A stretch of DNA of 64,000 nucleotides from contig NC_042997.1 in assembly GCF_006345805.1 (NCBI RefSeq), forward strand, positions 108,872,001 to 108,936,000. The letters are read 5' to 3'. A program made the position numbers and the translations under genes. The stretch's first letter is position 1. Every line of letters begins with the position of its first letter. This document shows, piece after piece, positions 1-14,584 of this stretch. Under the pieces are notes generated by a model. It made no database searches. It was not told the DNA's origin and was given only the letters and a program-made list of their open reading frames with translations. The stretch comes from Octopus sinensis (Eukaryota).

Positions 1-339
1 ATGCCTCCATTTCAATACGAATCCGTTCCCTTCAAAATTGCAGGTCTTTTACTAAATGTAAAACAATTAAAAATCGACTTCTTAATGAGCATTAATTAAG
101 ACTAAATACATTCAAGTATTTAGTTTGAATTTTCTTCATGTGGGTGAAATCCTACGGGTTCACTTGTAAATTTTCATTACTCCGGAAGTCTAGAAAATGT
201 GAATAAATATATCAAAACTAGTTGTCTTAGCGGACCCCGTTGAGCAGGATATGTCCTACCCATAATGCTAAGAGCGCAACGAACTTCCTGTTCACTGGTT
301 TGATATTTCCATTTCCTGAAACTTTCTGGAGTTCATATA

Positions 340-635
340 AAAGTTTAGTGGTTAGGGTTACTCAGTTCACGGATGTGAGTTCGATTCCCGGTAGAGTCTT
401 GTGTTCCTAAGCAAGACACTTTATTGCACATTACTCATGTCCACTCAGCTAGCATAAATGAGTTGTACCTGTAATTTCGAAGGGGCCAGCCTTGTCACAT
501 TCTGTGTCATGCTGAATCTCTCTGAGAACTACTCTGGGGAGTGCTCAGCCACTTACACGTTAATCTTACGAGCAGGCTGTACCGTTGATCAGAACAACTG
601 GAGCATTGATCGTTGTAACCGACGGAGAGCCAAGC
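340..635 (+). mobile_element. Degenerate tRNA-derived SINE (family C, octopus OK-like)
   Basis: Pol III A-box-like GTGGTTAGGG and B-box GTTCGATTCCC, followed by a body (CAAGACACTTTATTGCAC...GGGCCAGCCTTGTCAC...GTAACCGACGGAG) resembling recalled octopus SINE bodies. Family name is from memory. Confidence 0.6.
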
Positions 636-1697
636 CAGAGTTCATAGATTCTTTTTCTTCGAGAATGGTAAATATCCAAGTCTGTAAGCTAAACTGGAAT
701 ATGTTAAGGTGATTTATTAGAATATAATTCGTGGTTAATGAAAATCTATCTTCAAGCACAAAGATCGAACTAAATTGAGATCTTCAAGCACAAAGTTATC
801 AACTATTGAATTAATCACTGATTATTTCTAGGAACAACGAGCTGATGAGGGCACCTGTTAGAAAGTAACAGGAAAATAGTTTAGCCAATAAATTTTAGTA
901 AAAAAAAAAATGTTAGTCAAAAATATTTATCCAACCGTTAGAGATTCGAATTCTTAAGTAACATAAGGATTGCAGCTCTGCTACTTCCACCAACACCTCT
1001 CGCCTTTGTCCAACTTCAATAAGAGTTCTAATTTTATCGACAAAGTAGATCTTAGCGAAATTTGAACACCTTAAATTTCAGATGAGAGAAGACGGGATTT
1101 AAAAAAATCATTCTTTTTCAATGAAATTAGCATAGCGAAACGCTGAATAAAATCAGAAGTCGCAACAGAATTGTCAAGTTCTTTCGTCTTTCATGGTGCT
1201 GTGATCTCTTCACCCGTTTTCTCCCCTACCCCCACGGGGGTAAAGGTTTGTAACTTTGGTACAAGGCTATAAACCCTGAACGCGAAATTATTCTCGGTTG
1301 AAATGATGTCAAAACATTTAGCATCCCAATGAGATGAAATGTAAAACAAACTCAGACTGGATTTGAACTTGAGACTTATAGATGACACTTCACTAAATTT
1401 TATGAGGCATTTAGTCTGAGACTCACCATTTCTACCGTTCTGTCAATTATTTCCAAACGAATGCTATCCTTCCAATATTTTCCAATAAGCGGAGTTGTTG
1501 ATATTAATTGACCCTGACTGAGATATTCTGCCCGTTCAGATTCTTTCTCCACCGACAGGACACGGGCAAATGGCCACAATAGATTCTCCTCAATTCAGAT
1601 GTTACCTCCTCTTCTATCATATCACAATAAACATTATAATTGCTTTATCCGGTTTATAATGCATAATGCAATAAAGTGATAACAACAAATCGAACTG

Positions 1698-1710
1698 CAT
1701 ATATATATAT

Positions 1711-1744
<34 letters not shown>

Positions 1745-1864
1745 CAAATATACACTATATATATGTGTGTGTGTGTGTGTGTGTAAATATACTACGTATA
1801 TAATGTATATAATATACACACACATATATGTAAGTATTTGTTTATTATTTACAGTTCAGTTTAT

Positions 1865-1948
<84 letters not shown>

Positions 1949-1982
1949 CTATATATATATATATATAATATATATATATATA

Positions 1983-2036
<54 letters not shown>

Positions 2037-2054
2037 ATATATATATATATAATA

Positions 2055-2088
<34 letters not shown>

Positions 2089-2090
2089 GT
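1698..2090. repeat. Compound (TA)n/(TG)n microsatellite block
   Basis: Directly visible; source of the YI-repeat ORFs. Confidence 0.95.
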
Positions 2091-2408
2091 AAACATACAT
2101 ATATACATACGTACTCCTATTTTCTAATTGAAGAAGGAGAGAGAGAAAAGAAAATGAAGGAAGAAAGAGAGGAATTGGTGCACAAATGTCAAAAGCCATT
2201 TTTAGTGTTTTGTCATTTCGGAATCAAAACAAGCAAAGTCGTGGAAGTGTTTATTTGAAATGACAGAAAATAATGAAGAACTAATCAGGTTAACAGACAA
2301 AAGCTGCCATTGTGTTAAGTCCAACATTAGATCTATGAGTATTTATTTCCTTCACACTCAGCCCTTCTCTACGTTATTGATACAGTTACATACATGCATC
2401 TCTCTCTT

Positions 2409-2503
<95 letters not shown>

Positions 2504-2631
2504 GTATACACATATACATACACATCTATCTATCTCAGCCTCTCTGTTGTCTTACTCTTTTACTCGTTTCAACCATGCGGCTGCGGTCATGCTGGAGTAC
2601 CACTGTAGTGATATATATATATATGTATGTG

Positions 2632-2663
<32 letters not shown>

Positions 2664-2664
2664 A

Positions 2665-2952
2665 AGGCGCAATGGCTCAGTGGTTAGGATCGCGGTTTCG
2701 ATTCCCATACCGGGCGTTGTGAGTGTTTATTGAGCTAAAATACCTAAAGCTTCATGAGGCTCCGGCAGGAGATGGTGGTGATGCCTGCTGTACTCTTTCG
2801 CCGCAACTTTCTCTCACTCTTTCTTCTGTTGGCCTGCTCGCTTAGCCAGCGGGGTGGCGTCATTTGAAGGCTAAAACAATGCGAAGCGCATTGTGACCAG
2901 CGATGTGTAGCAACATCTGATAGCCTGGTCGGTCACGGTGATCACGGTGATA
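2665..2952 (+). mobile_element. tRNA-derived SINE (octopus OR-like), with a deletion in the tRNA head
   Basis: AGGCGCAATGGCTCAGTGGTTAGG A box joined directly to ATCGCGGTTTCGATTCCC B box; distinct 3' tail ...GGTCGGTCACGGTGAT; lies between (TG)n and (TA)n. Confidence 0.75.
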
Positions 2953-2956
2953 TATA

Positions 2957-3016
<60 letters not shown>

Positions 3017-3331
3017 CAGTGGAACCTCGGTTTACGAACGCCTCTCATCAAGAACAAATCGAATTACGAACAATTTTTCGAGCATAAAACGTCGTAGGTA
3101 ACAAACGGTGTCTCGAATAAGAAGGACGGAAGCTGGCAACAACGGTTAGCGAAAAGCTGGGTCGATCAGAGGAAGAACCTCAGCTGGTGTCTAGCTTTTA
3201 TTCAGTGCACATCTATAATTCTTCGTACCTTCTCTTGAATTTCTTATGGGAAATATAGTTTCGGTTTACGAACATTTTGGGTGATGAACAGCCTCCAGAA
3301 AAGAATTAAATTCTTAAACCGAGTTCTCTCC
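3017..3331. mobile_element. pogo/Tigger-like MITE
   Basis: TA|CAGTGGAACCTCGGTTTACGAAC left end; degenerate inverted end TTCTTAAACCGAGTTCTCTCC|TA; internal TTTACGAAC repeats; no ORF. Confidence 0.65.
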
Positions 3332-4800
3332 TACATATGTTTAATCTTGGATAACGCATTCATGTAACAATAGGTAGGCTCCCACCATGGGTAAATATAT
3401 TTCCCTGTTCTCGATACACAATGACAAGTATTTCACTTCCTTCACTAAAGCGATTGGAAGAGCATGACTATCACAACTCTATGATCCTCAGGCATCATTA
3501 ATGACTGATCGGCAATAGTAGGATGCAATTAATAGGAAAAGTGAGATAATTAATCTTATTTGCATTTGGTGTTCTGAAGACTCTTGAGATGAGATGACTT
3601 TTATGTTACATGTCGTTGTTATTCCCGGGATTGTCTCATCAAATAACATCGTACATTTGTTCAGTTTTAAAATAAGGTCTTCTAACCCCGTCTAACAGTA
3701 TCTGCTATCATGTTGCATTCGGCGATATCTTTATTTTAAAATCTTCTTTACAACGGAGAAAAGGTTGTGCCATGACGCTTTACAAGGCCTCCGAGACAGG
3801 TGAGAGGAGGAAGGAGACGTGAATAGAATCTTGTAAGCGAGGCACTAAAAGCCCCCAAGGGGCCATGCCAGATGCTAGTGTTAAACCAGGTGACAGATTA
3901 TATTGACCACCTAAGTAGGCCGTGGTGGAATTTGAACGCAGAACGGCAAGAACCAGAACAAATAATACAAGACATCTAGTTCCGATAATCTACCGCCTTT
4001 GATTGGTACATTTTTATTTACCCAAAAATGAGGAAAGACAATTTTAGCCACGGCAAGATTTGAACTCAAAGCGCTGTGAGTAGGAACAAATATAACGAAG
4101 CATTACATCTAACGACTTTGCCAATTGGCCGCCTCTTGTTTGTTTATAAAGCAGTTGTAAATATTTATTGTTATATAAAATTGGACAAAATCATATGGAA
4201 ATTACATCACGTCGACGCCAAAAAGACTCTAGCAGAAAAAAAATACTTCAAAAGAATATCATTAACACTGAAAAACACAATATTTCATCAATTTGACAGA
4301 AATATTTGGTCGGAACTCTGTTGTAACCAATTATGTTCGCTTTTGACTGATTTAGGAAACCGAAAGACAGGTTTGCGTGAGGATTAGCTATAATGTAGGC
4401 ATCAGTATATACGAGAATAAAAACAAAGAAAAAAATTAACGATGTTTCTAAAATTCCTGTTTCTGGGGAATTCCAGAGTTCTGCCAATACGTCCATGTAT
4501 TGTCAGGAGGTAACTCAACAACATGAGTCATGGAAAAATATTATTTAGATATCGATGTCATAAGTTTGGGCAGCTGAGTTATTTTTGGAATTTGTGAATT
4601 TGATGACATTTTAAAAGGAAATCAAAATCATGACAGTTTAAATGTTTAATACGAATTGCAATTGTTTTGTGATTTCACTTGGAAAGATTTTGAAAGGAAC
4701 CCTTGGTTCACTTTACATGCACAAAACTAATTACACCTTCTGCTGTATGGTTGTTGGATAATTAATATTGGTTGTTTATTCGTTTTTATTCTGGTCCAGT

Positions 4801-4970
4801 CGATTAGATCGGCCCCAGTTCGCAACTGGTATGAAAGGCAAAGCCGAGATCGACTTTGCCTTTCCTTCTTTCAGGGTGGATAAATTCAATACCAGTTGCG
4901 TACTGGGGTAGGTCTAATCGAATGGCCCATGCCTCCAAAATTTCGGACCTTTTGCCCAGAATAGAAAAGA
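4801..4970. mobile_element. Two head-to-head fragments of SINE family B forming a fold-back
   Basis: 4801-4843 is the reverse complement of the SINE B body present at 4854-4920 (GACTTTGCCTTTC...TACCAGTTGCGTACTGGGG). Confidence 0.7.
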
Positions 4971-5199
4971 GTTTTGGTTGTTTATTGTGAAAGCAACATT
5001 GCCGCTTCTATAAGGTCTGTAAAGCATATACATTTCAAATGTTAAGAGACTTATCTATTGTGAACTTCAGAAGACTTCTATGAAGAATATAAAAAAGAAA
5101 GCTCCGTTGTCTATCTGCTGATCAATGAGGCTAAATAACATAACGTATGCTTTTTTTTTCAACTAATAATCTATACAACCCCTAATTTTCTATGAATAA

Positions 5200-5800
5200 A
5201 GTCTGTCAATTGACCAAAGCAGGCTTGAGTAAGTCGTTCGAAGCTGTTGAAGTCTAATAAGGCCATATCGTCCGTAGTTGTCTCCCCTGTTTGTACACAC
5301 AGGTTAGCTTTTTCCCTTAAGTAATTCTAAATTTTTGAAACTATGTCCCCTCTCCGTTAAGAGTCACCTACAATTACCAACAGATGTATATTTCCTTTAA
5401 CTCAGTGGTAGATTGCACTTGACTGACAAACTTCTGCCTTCATCATTGAAGATATCATCTTTAATCTGATTTTCAAAGCAAAGATACGTCAAATTTTTAG
5501 ACCATCCCATATCACTGCAACAATAAAAGGAAAACTTCCGAAGTCCAGCAGCTTAAACTCTCACTAAAAACCTTATTGACGAAGTGAAACGATTATGAAA
5601 ACATCTCTTTATTAAGCTGCAATGACTACGAACCGATAATCTTGTGGTTAAGTTAGCGTCTCAGAGAAGTGGATTGATAGAAAACTTTTCGCCATCGCAG
5701 ACAAAGCGATATTCCACTGATGTGGTGTTCCTCGATTCTGTCACGTTAATGGCACTTAACCACCACTGGTCTTCCTGAGAGGCTCGCTCTTGATGGCTGA
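5200..5800 (-). pseudogene. Possible heavily decayed non-LTR reverse transcriptase remnant
   Basis: Minus-strand translation gives RRGDIVS...GETTTDDMALL, loosely like the QGDxLS and YADD RT motifs; many stops. Confidence 0.3.
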
Positions 5801-6323
5801 AGTGCAGAATTAAATTTTAGTAAAATGATAATCTAATACAATATTCTGATGACTAATTTGTGTTCATGAAATCAATCATCGATTCATATCAAAAATATTT
5901 TCCAAACAAAATCGGACATCACCAGGATAAACCGACGGTGCATCAGCATGGCCTTATCAAAGATGTATAAAGTAAGCTACAGAACTTTGCAGAAAACATC
6001 TTGAGACGGAAAAATAAAAGAAGGAAATTTGAACTATAAAGATATATGGTTGAGCTCCAGAATATCCTTCGACAGACCGATCCAATCAATTCTGTAGACA
6101 TGTCGAGTTTTGTCTGTTATATTGGTTCCAGACTTTGTAAATCACTTGCTATCCTTAAAAGTCTTCTCTCAGAGTATAAGGGTTTATGATTGAGCTGTTT
6201 GACGAAACATAGAATGATAATAATACATACTATCTGTCTGTCTGTCTGTCTGTGTCAGCAGGTTATGCCTCTTGCCTAGGCTGAGTTCAGACCTGGTGAC
6301 CCTCCTGACTGAAACAAAATATG

Positions 6324-6748
6324 TTTACTCTTTTACATGTTTCAGTTATTTGACTGTGGCCATGCTGGAGCACCGCCTTTAGTCGAGCAAATCGACCTCA
6401 GAATTTATTTTTTGTAAGCCTAGTACTTATTCTATCGGTCGCTTTTGCCGAACCGCTAAGTTACGGGGAGGAAAACACACCAGCATCGGTTGTGAAGCGA
6501 TGTTGGAGGGGACAAACACAGACACACAAACACACTAACACACACACACATATATATATATATACATATACATATACATATATACGACGGGCTTCTTTCA
6601 GTGTCCGTCTACCAAATCCACTCACACGGCTTTGGTCGGCCCGAGACTTTAGTAGAAGACACTTGCCCAAAGTGCCACGCAGTGGGACTGAACCCGGAAC
6701 CATGTGGTTGGTAAGCAAGCTACTCACCACACAGCCACTCCCGCGCCT
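6324..6748 (-). mobile_element. Full-length tRNA-derived SINE family A
   Basis: Minus head AGGCGCGGGAGTGGCTGTGTGGT...GGTTCAGTCCCAC, body TTGGGCAAGTGTCTTCTACT...GAAAGAAGCCCGTCG, internal (TA)/(TG) tract, 3' tail ...AAAAGAGTAAA; many homologous copies in this window. Confidence 0.9.
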
Positions 6749-7444
6749 ATGTTTATGGACGATGTCGTAAATATCATAGAATTTTATTTCTCTTTTTCCA
6801 AGACTTTTGCATTGAGTCTGTGGTGTTGTGGTTTATTCCAAGTTTCAACAAATTCCTTACAAATATCGCAATATTTTCCAATAAAACAAAGCATGAATGC
6901 CAGGAACCCTCTGTAATGACTGTTGCCTTAAACATTTCGGGGTTCATGACTATATAAGTGACAATTATTTATACTATTTATATTATAAGAGTTGCTTTGC
7001 TTCGAGATTTAAGCGTTATTCTTTGAATAATAGACAAACTATTTCGTTTATATATCAGACACGAGCTGTTATTTACCGAAATCAAAATATTTCTTGCTTT
7101 GCATATCACATCTTTAATCTGACATATTAAACTCTCAATATACATACTGGCATGCTTATCAGTATATATATTTGTTTGGCTTAGAATCTGGCACAGCCCC
7201 AGGAAGGCTCTAAATGACTACCACAGAACAAATGAGTGAATAGATAAAGAGATTCATTTATATTAATAGATAACATTTAAATAAAATAATAGAGGAATTG
7301 AAATAAACCTTTGAAAAGAGCGTCTTTTAACGCATAGAATTGGAAACAAAGCAACAACGCGTTAAACAACTTTTCTTATTAAGTATGTATATGCGTATAT
7401 AAAAATACATACACACACGTATATACATACATGCATACATATAT

Positions 7445-7457
7445 GTCTATCTGTCTG

Positions 7458-7524
<67 letters not shown>

Positions 7525-7630
7525 CTCTTTCTCTCTCTCTCAATATATATATATATATCTCAATATTTCTCTCTCTCTCTCTCTCTCTCCTCTATCTATC
7601 TATCTATCTATCTATCAATCTATCAATCTC

Positions 7631-7714
<84 letters not shown>

Positions 7715-7768
7715 CCTATCTCACTCTCTCTCCTCTCTCTCAATATCTCTCTCTCTCTCTATCTATCA

Positions 7769-7827
<59 letters not shown>

Positions 7828-7828
7828 A

Positions 7829-7859
<31 letters not shown>

Positions 7860-7864
7860 AATCA

Positions 7865-7925
<61 letters not shown>

Positions 7926-7950
7926 CCTATCTATCTTTCTATCTATCAAC
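7445..7950. repeat. (TCTA)n array with (CT)n interruptions
   Basis: Directly visible; source of the YLSI ORF. Confidence 0.95.
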
Positions 7951-8135
7951 CTATATGTATGCATAACTAACATACTATCACACACACACACACACACACG
8001 CACGCACACAGAGTCATTGATTTTTAATAAATGGTTGTGAAAAATGAGAGACGTCATATTAAATAGTCGTCAAATTTTTGGCTTCACCGTGATTCATTCT
8101 TCCATGCATTTATCGGTGCCGGTGTGTGCGTATAG

Positions 8136-8197
<62 letters not shown>

Positions 8198-8399
8198 ACA
8201 CACAAACACACATATATATATCTGTGTGTGTGTGTGTGCATGTGTGTGTGTGTGTGGTGTGTGCGTGTGTGCGCATAAGTATGTATGTTTATATATGTAC
8301 GTCTGGCTGTGCTCGTGCGCGGAGATATGTGTGCGTGTGTCTCTGTCTACGTGTGTGTGTTATTTTTGTGTATGTTTAAGTGTATTGTGTGGAGACAGT

Positions 8400-8453
<54 letters not shown>

Positions 8454-8608
8454 TGAGTAACTTTGGTATGTGTGTTAGCGAATATTTAATGTGAGAGAAA
8501 TTTTATATACGAATTAAGTATATTTGTATGCTTCTATATATATTTGCACATGTGCCTATATCTATATATACATCCATACATACATATATATATGTATGTC
8601 TATATACT

Positions 8609-8948
8609 GGAGCGGCTGAATGGTATGTAGCTTGCTTACCAACCACATGATTCCGGGTTCAGTCCAACTGCGAGGCACCTTGGGCAAGTGTCTTCTACTA
8701 TCGCCACGGGCCGACCAAAGCCTTGTGAGTGGATTTGGTAGACGGAAACTGAAAGAAACCTGTCCCCCACCATCGATTGACAACCGATGTTGGTGTGTAT
8801 CTACGTCCCTATTACTTAACGGTTCGGCAATAAGAACCCGATAGAGTAAGTACTTAGCTTACAAATAAGTCCTGGGGTCGATTTGTTCGACTAAAGGAGG
8901 AGCTCCAGCATGGCCTCAGACAGATGACTGAAACAAGTAAAGGAATAA
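8609..8948 (+). mobile_element. SINE family A copy with internal deletion
   Basis: Same head, body and tail as 6324-6748; central microsatellite absent. Confidence 0.9.
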
Positions 8949-8996
8949 ACGAAGAAAAGAATATATATATAGTATATATATATATCTATATATATG

Positions 8997-9040
<44 letters not shown>

Positions 9041-9222
9041 AATTCCTCTATTTACAAATATTGAGGTCTCTTTCTTTTGTTATCTTACCGTTTTTAACCA
9101 ATATATAATATATATATTTATTTATATATATGTATATACATGTATATATGTGCATACTTATGTGTATATCTATATTCATATTTATTCGTATACGTATGTA
9201 CATCTATCAATCAATTAATCTA

Positions 9223-9363
<141 letters not shown>

Positions 9364-10762
9364 GTCTGTCTATATAATATGTATGCATTTTACATAGGTG
9401 GTCTTATAACTGTGTAAATATCTGTACACGCTTATGCGTTCACTTGCCACGTATTTATATCTGTAGCGATTGGTTTAATTGCGTATGTATGTGTGAAAAT
9501 GAACCCTTCTTAATTGTATGTGTGTAAGAAGGTGGGGAGTTGATAAGAAGTAAGATGGAGTCAGTGGAGAGAGAGAGAGAGAGAGAGCGAGAGGCAGCTG
9601 GGTATGAGCAAGGCAACAGATGAAGAGGGAAAAATATATTGTATGCGTATGCGTGTGCATGTGTGTGTGTATGTGTTTAAGTGTGTGCGTGTATGTGTAT
9701 AGGTATGTATGTAGATAGGAAAAAATAAATTGGTATAGTCAAAGTAGTACGACTTTGTTGTCTCCTTTCTTTCTTTCTTTCTTTTATATGTGTGTGTGTG
9801 TGTATATATATATACACACACATATATATATGTGTGTATATATAATATATGTATATTTAAACATGTATATATGTATATGTGTATATATATATACATATAC
9901 ATGTACATATATGTGTGTATATATAATATATGCATATGTAAACATATACATATATACTTATATATATGCGTATATATATACATATAAATATATACATATA
10001 TACATATAAATATATGTATATATATGTACACATATAAATACACACTCACGGATATATACGTACACACACATATACACGTAAATACATATATAAAAATATA
10101 TATATATATACGTACATATATCTGCACATTCACATATTAGTACATATATATGTTTGTATGTGTGTGTGTGTGTGTGTGTGTGCATGTGTGTGTGTGTATG
10201 TGTGTGTGTGCATGTGTTTCCGATGCGATGCTCTTTGTCCGTATAATGTTTTATTTTTCCACATGATTGCACAGCGCATTCAACCACGAAAATATCTATC
10301 GTTTTTGCATATTTCTATTATTAAGCTTTAATTCGATATCTCTTTAGATATAGTTCTGCGAGCAACACTCACATAGGACGCTGCATACACACACACACAC
10401 ACACACACACTGGCAAAGCACAGGTGTTTACACATACACTCATCTGTACATATAGACGCACGCACACACATACAAAACACACACACACCACAGACACACA
10501 TACAATTGATACAATATATTTACAATTTTCTACGCAAAGATTTCAGAAATATATTACAACCACAGAAGTGTTGCAACTGTGTCTGTTTGGGAAGAGTATT
10601 TCCCGCCAGGAGGAACAAGACAGAGCAACATCTAAATCTTCACGCACACACGCACGCGCACATACATTTATACATACATACATATTTACATAGTTATATA
10701 CGTACATACATGCATACATACGTACTTACATAGATACATATACACACATCTATGAATGCATG

Positions 10763-10803
<41 letters not shown>

Positions 10804-10821
10804 ACATACATACATACACAC

Positions 10822-10852
<31 letters not shown>

Positions 10853-10875
10853 CAGTCATATAAATTGTTAATAAG

Positions 10876-11002
10876 TATTCATATATTTACTCACATAAAG
10901 ATATCCATATACAAAAATATTATATATATATATATATATAGATATCTATATATATATATACATTTGTATATGGATATCTTTATGTAAGTAAATATATGAA
11001 TA
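10876..11002. repeat. ~127-bp AT-rich palindrome
   Basis: Arms 10876-10915 and 10963-11002 are reverse complements (39/40) around a (TA)n GATATC (TA)n centre. Confidence 0.85.
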
Positions 11003-11057
11003 TGTATGTGTATATATATAAGTGTGTGTGTGTATGTATATATTATAATATATATAT

Positions 11058-11089
<32 letters not shown>

Positions 11090-11406
11090 AATGTTTGTGT
11101 GTATTTGTAGGATTGAACATAGATATACGTACGTACACACACTCGCGCGCACCCACACACACACATATATATATATATACACTATTATAACAATATATAC
11201 ACGCGTATTCGTTTATGTACACACGTGTATATATACATGTGTGTACGTAAACGTATGGGCACCCACACCCACACACACACGCACACACCACACACACACA
11301 CATTATATATATATATACATGCATATATATATATATTTATATACATATACATATATATATATGTATATATATATTTATATACATATACATATATATATAT
11401 ATCTAT

Positions 11407-11440
<34 letters not shown>

Positions 11441-11757
11441 TATTATATATATATAATATATATATATATACATATATATATATATCTATATACATACATA
11501 CACACACAGACACAAACACATATATGTACATACATACGTATATGATGTCTAAAAGTATGTATTTTTGAAATGAAATATTTCCCGTTAGTTGCATGGGGTG
11601 GGGGCGAGTCTAATCAAATCAAAGGGATATATACCTTTAGTGGGAATCTTTCTGTTACACCAGTTAAATTTCAACCACGAATAATAACACAGCCTTTCCC
11701 TTTTTGTTACTGTTCTACTAGCTGCTGCTGCTGTTATTGTTGTTGTTGTTGTTGTTG

Positions 11758-11817
<60 letters not shown>

Positions 11818-12589
11818 TATTATTATTATTATTTTTATTATTATTATTAATATTATTATTATTGTTATTATTATTAAATCCCCTTTCTATCTCTTTTACG
11901 CCATATCTATCATTGGTCTCTGCAAACAGGAACCCATTCCTTTGTATTCCTTTTCTCTTTGATTGAAATTCATTATTATTGTTGTTATTGCTATGATTAA
12001 CATTATTATTATCATTATTATTTTTATTGTGGTTTTCGTTATTAGTTTCAGCAATCTCCTTTGTTTTCTTTTCAATTATCTTTGTATATACATGTGTAGT
12101 GTGTGTATATTTCTGTTAACACATACATATGTAAATAACAACAATAACAACAATAATATTATATATATATATATGTGTGTGGTGTACGTTTATGTATGTT
12201 GTTGTCAGGAAATTTTGGTGTTTGATATTTTAGATTTTCTCATTTTGTTTTTTTCCCCTTCGTTAAGTCAGCCATTTTTATTTTACGAAAACCAATTAAT
12301 CTACCTACGAATATCTTGGATCAAAGCGTTCATAAAACGTACCACGTCCCGCCACAGAGGTCGCCACATTACGCTACACATCAATACTATAGCACACTTC
12401 ACACACCACACACACCGCATCAAACTTTACGCCGCACTACGTATCCATACCTGACCCCAACACATCAATGATCCTCATATCTCAACACACCCAACGCCAC
12501 ACCGCTCTATCCTATACTACACTACGTTACACATTATATTACATTGCTTTACTACACCAAACGGTACACCGGCAGTTCTTAATCGAGAC

Positions 12590-12911
12590 CAGTATTTCTC
12601 AGCCATTTCCTTTTTTGTCTATGGACCCCTTTGATTACTATTCTATTTTTGGCGGACCCCTTTAGGCATTCCACGTTTCAAAGATAGTTTTATAGATTCT
12701 TCTTTCAAAATTCCCATTTTGTTTCTCACACATTTACTTTTGTAAGTTGAACTATGTAAAATGTCAGAGAACGATATTTTAGCTGTTTCTTAAAATAAAT
12801 ACCTCTAAAGGAAAATTTTTCCGGTGACCCTTAAAATACTTCTGTGGATCCCAAATTCACCTGGGTCCAGATAACCTTCACAGGTTATCTGGACGTATGT
12901 TGAGCCCACTG
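12590..12911. mobile_element. hAT (Charlie-like) MITE remnant
   Basis: Ends CAGTATTTCTCAGCC and GTTGAGCCCACTG are imperfect TIRs; flanking 8-mers ATCGAGAC and ATCTAGAG match 6/8 and resemble the nTCTAGAn target; internal perfect 12-bp stem at 12865-12894. Confidence 0.6.
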
Positions 12912-13318
12912 ATCTAGAGAGTAGTGTCACCTTGTGAGCTCACGAAAGAGTAATGTTGTTGTTATGACAACACCAGGTGTTTAAAGATGGTGATAGTTTT
13001 TCTGAAACTCAAAATATTCAAAACAGGTAGAATATTCGTATTTAAAAAGATTTAAAAACTACAAAAACAAACCAAATAAAAAGCCTATTGTTGCTGAGAT
13101 TAAAATATTTGTAAGATAATGTGTTACTAGGGACAAAAACATGACTGATGCTGCACCAAGGTCCAATATAATTTCATTATAGAAGTCCCCTTCTTTAGCA
13201 ATATCTCACTCAGCGCTAGATTACGTAAATATCAAAAATGAAACACACTGGATGGATTCATATAAGAAAGTATAGACAACAAAATATCAAAGCACATTCC
13301 ACCAGGAAGCATAAAATA

Positions 13319-13460
13319 AGGTCGACTTTGCCTTTCATCCTTTCGGGGTATATTAAATAAGTACCAGTTACGCACTGTGGTCGATATAATCGACTTAATC
13401 CGTTTGTCTGTCCTTGTTTGTCCTCTCTGTGTTTAGCCCCTTGTGGGTAGTAAAGGAATA
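13319..13460 (+). mobile_element. SINE family B, 5'-truncated
   Basis: GGTCGACTTTGCCTTTCATCCTTTCGGGG...GTACCAGTTACGCACTG...TGTGGGTAGTAAAGGAATAG; nearly the same as 56119-56348. Central domain resembles the Meta-SINE domain (from memory). Confidence 0.85.
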
Positions 13461-14099
13461 GAAATAGGAAGCATAAAATAATCTTTAAATTCACTAAAAT
13501 GTCGATCTATTCCAGAAGAATCTACCTAAAATGTACATTAATTCTTTCACTGGAACTAAATAGAGATAAATTATAAATTTATTCTTCTGAATTCTGTATA
13601 CTTGGTCGTGTTTTTGTCATTAATCAGTGCAGCTAAAAACAACAACAAAAAAACAAAACAAAACAAAACGAAACGAAACACAAACCACTGAATATAACAA
13701 GAGCAGACCAGCTTCGATATAGATTTAGGGGTACATGGATGATGTTTCTACAATTGAGAACCATTGTTGAATATTTTTGAAAATCGGTTATTGTGGAAGA
13801 ACAGAGTTATAGGAATATTCAATTTAGAAGACAGAAAACGGTATAAATCGTTTTTTTAAATTTTACCGATGGGACCCCAAGTAGATAAAAATATAATTAA
13901 TAGCGTGTAGAATATCCAGCATGCTTGTGTGCACTCGGATATAGAAAGGCATGCGCTGCATAAATTGTCTCGAGACAGAATTTCTCCTTATAATCAAAAC
14001 TGTGAAAATACACCGTTGGCCTGTGAATGACATTATTAGACTGTAGGATTTTTTTTTATTAATTCGCTTCGACAATGACGCCTGGTCCTCAACCACCTA

Positions 14100-14330
14100 T
14101 CCAAGCTATAATGTCCATTCACACCGATTCATTTCCTCACCCCATCACTCTAGGTGTGTCTCATCTCCTAGATGACTCGAAGAATTTCACTCTTTTACTT
14201 CCATTCTTCAGCTGCAATTCTATGGAGTTCTCTCTCTGATATCAAACCTCGCCAACATCTTCACACACTTGGAAGCCCCGCGAGCGTCAAAGACATTGCC
14301 ACTTCTCTCACTTAATAATTTATAAAAACA
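14100..14330 (+). mobile_element. Possible CR1/L2-like LINE 3' remnant
   Basis: Translation ...SLFYFHSSAAILWSSLSD resembles the SF..RT..LWNSLP C-terminal motif; very decayed. Confidence 0.3.
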
Positions 14331-14584
14331 AACTCACCATAATTAATAAGTATCAACCGTAAATTAGTGAAATATTGTATTTGCTGTATATTATCAGAAT
14401 AGAAAAGATATCATGGCGGAAACAGAAATGTTTCAGAGCTATTTCTTTATAAACATCTGATGTTTGTACGTAAATCTATGTAAATCATAAACAATGATGT
14501 TAATATTTAATGCTAAATCATAAGCAACAACTATTGAATAATTAGGACGATAAGAGATTAGAATAACATTCAATATGTTGGTGC

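Noticed and set aside
2665-2720. tRNA genes at SINE heads (also 6700-6748 and 56119-56200)
   Set aside because: A and B boxes are present but there is no complete cloverleaf, and each continues into a SINE body.
10216-10287. VECAVQSCGK peptide resembling a THAP N-terminus
   Set aside because: Only about 24 codons before an AC microsatellite; the other THAP residues (W, C, H, F) are missing.
13460-13620. Possible 30-nt minus-strand micro-exon (PVKELMYIL)
   Set aside because: Weak donor, and AG/GT pairs this short are expected by chance; no supporting evidence.
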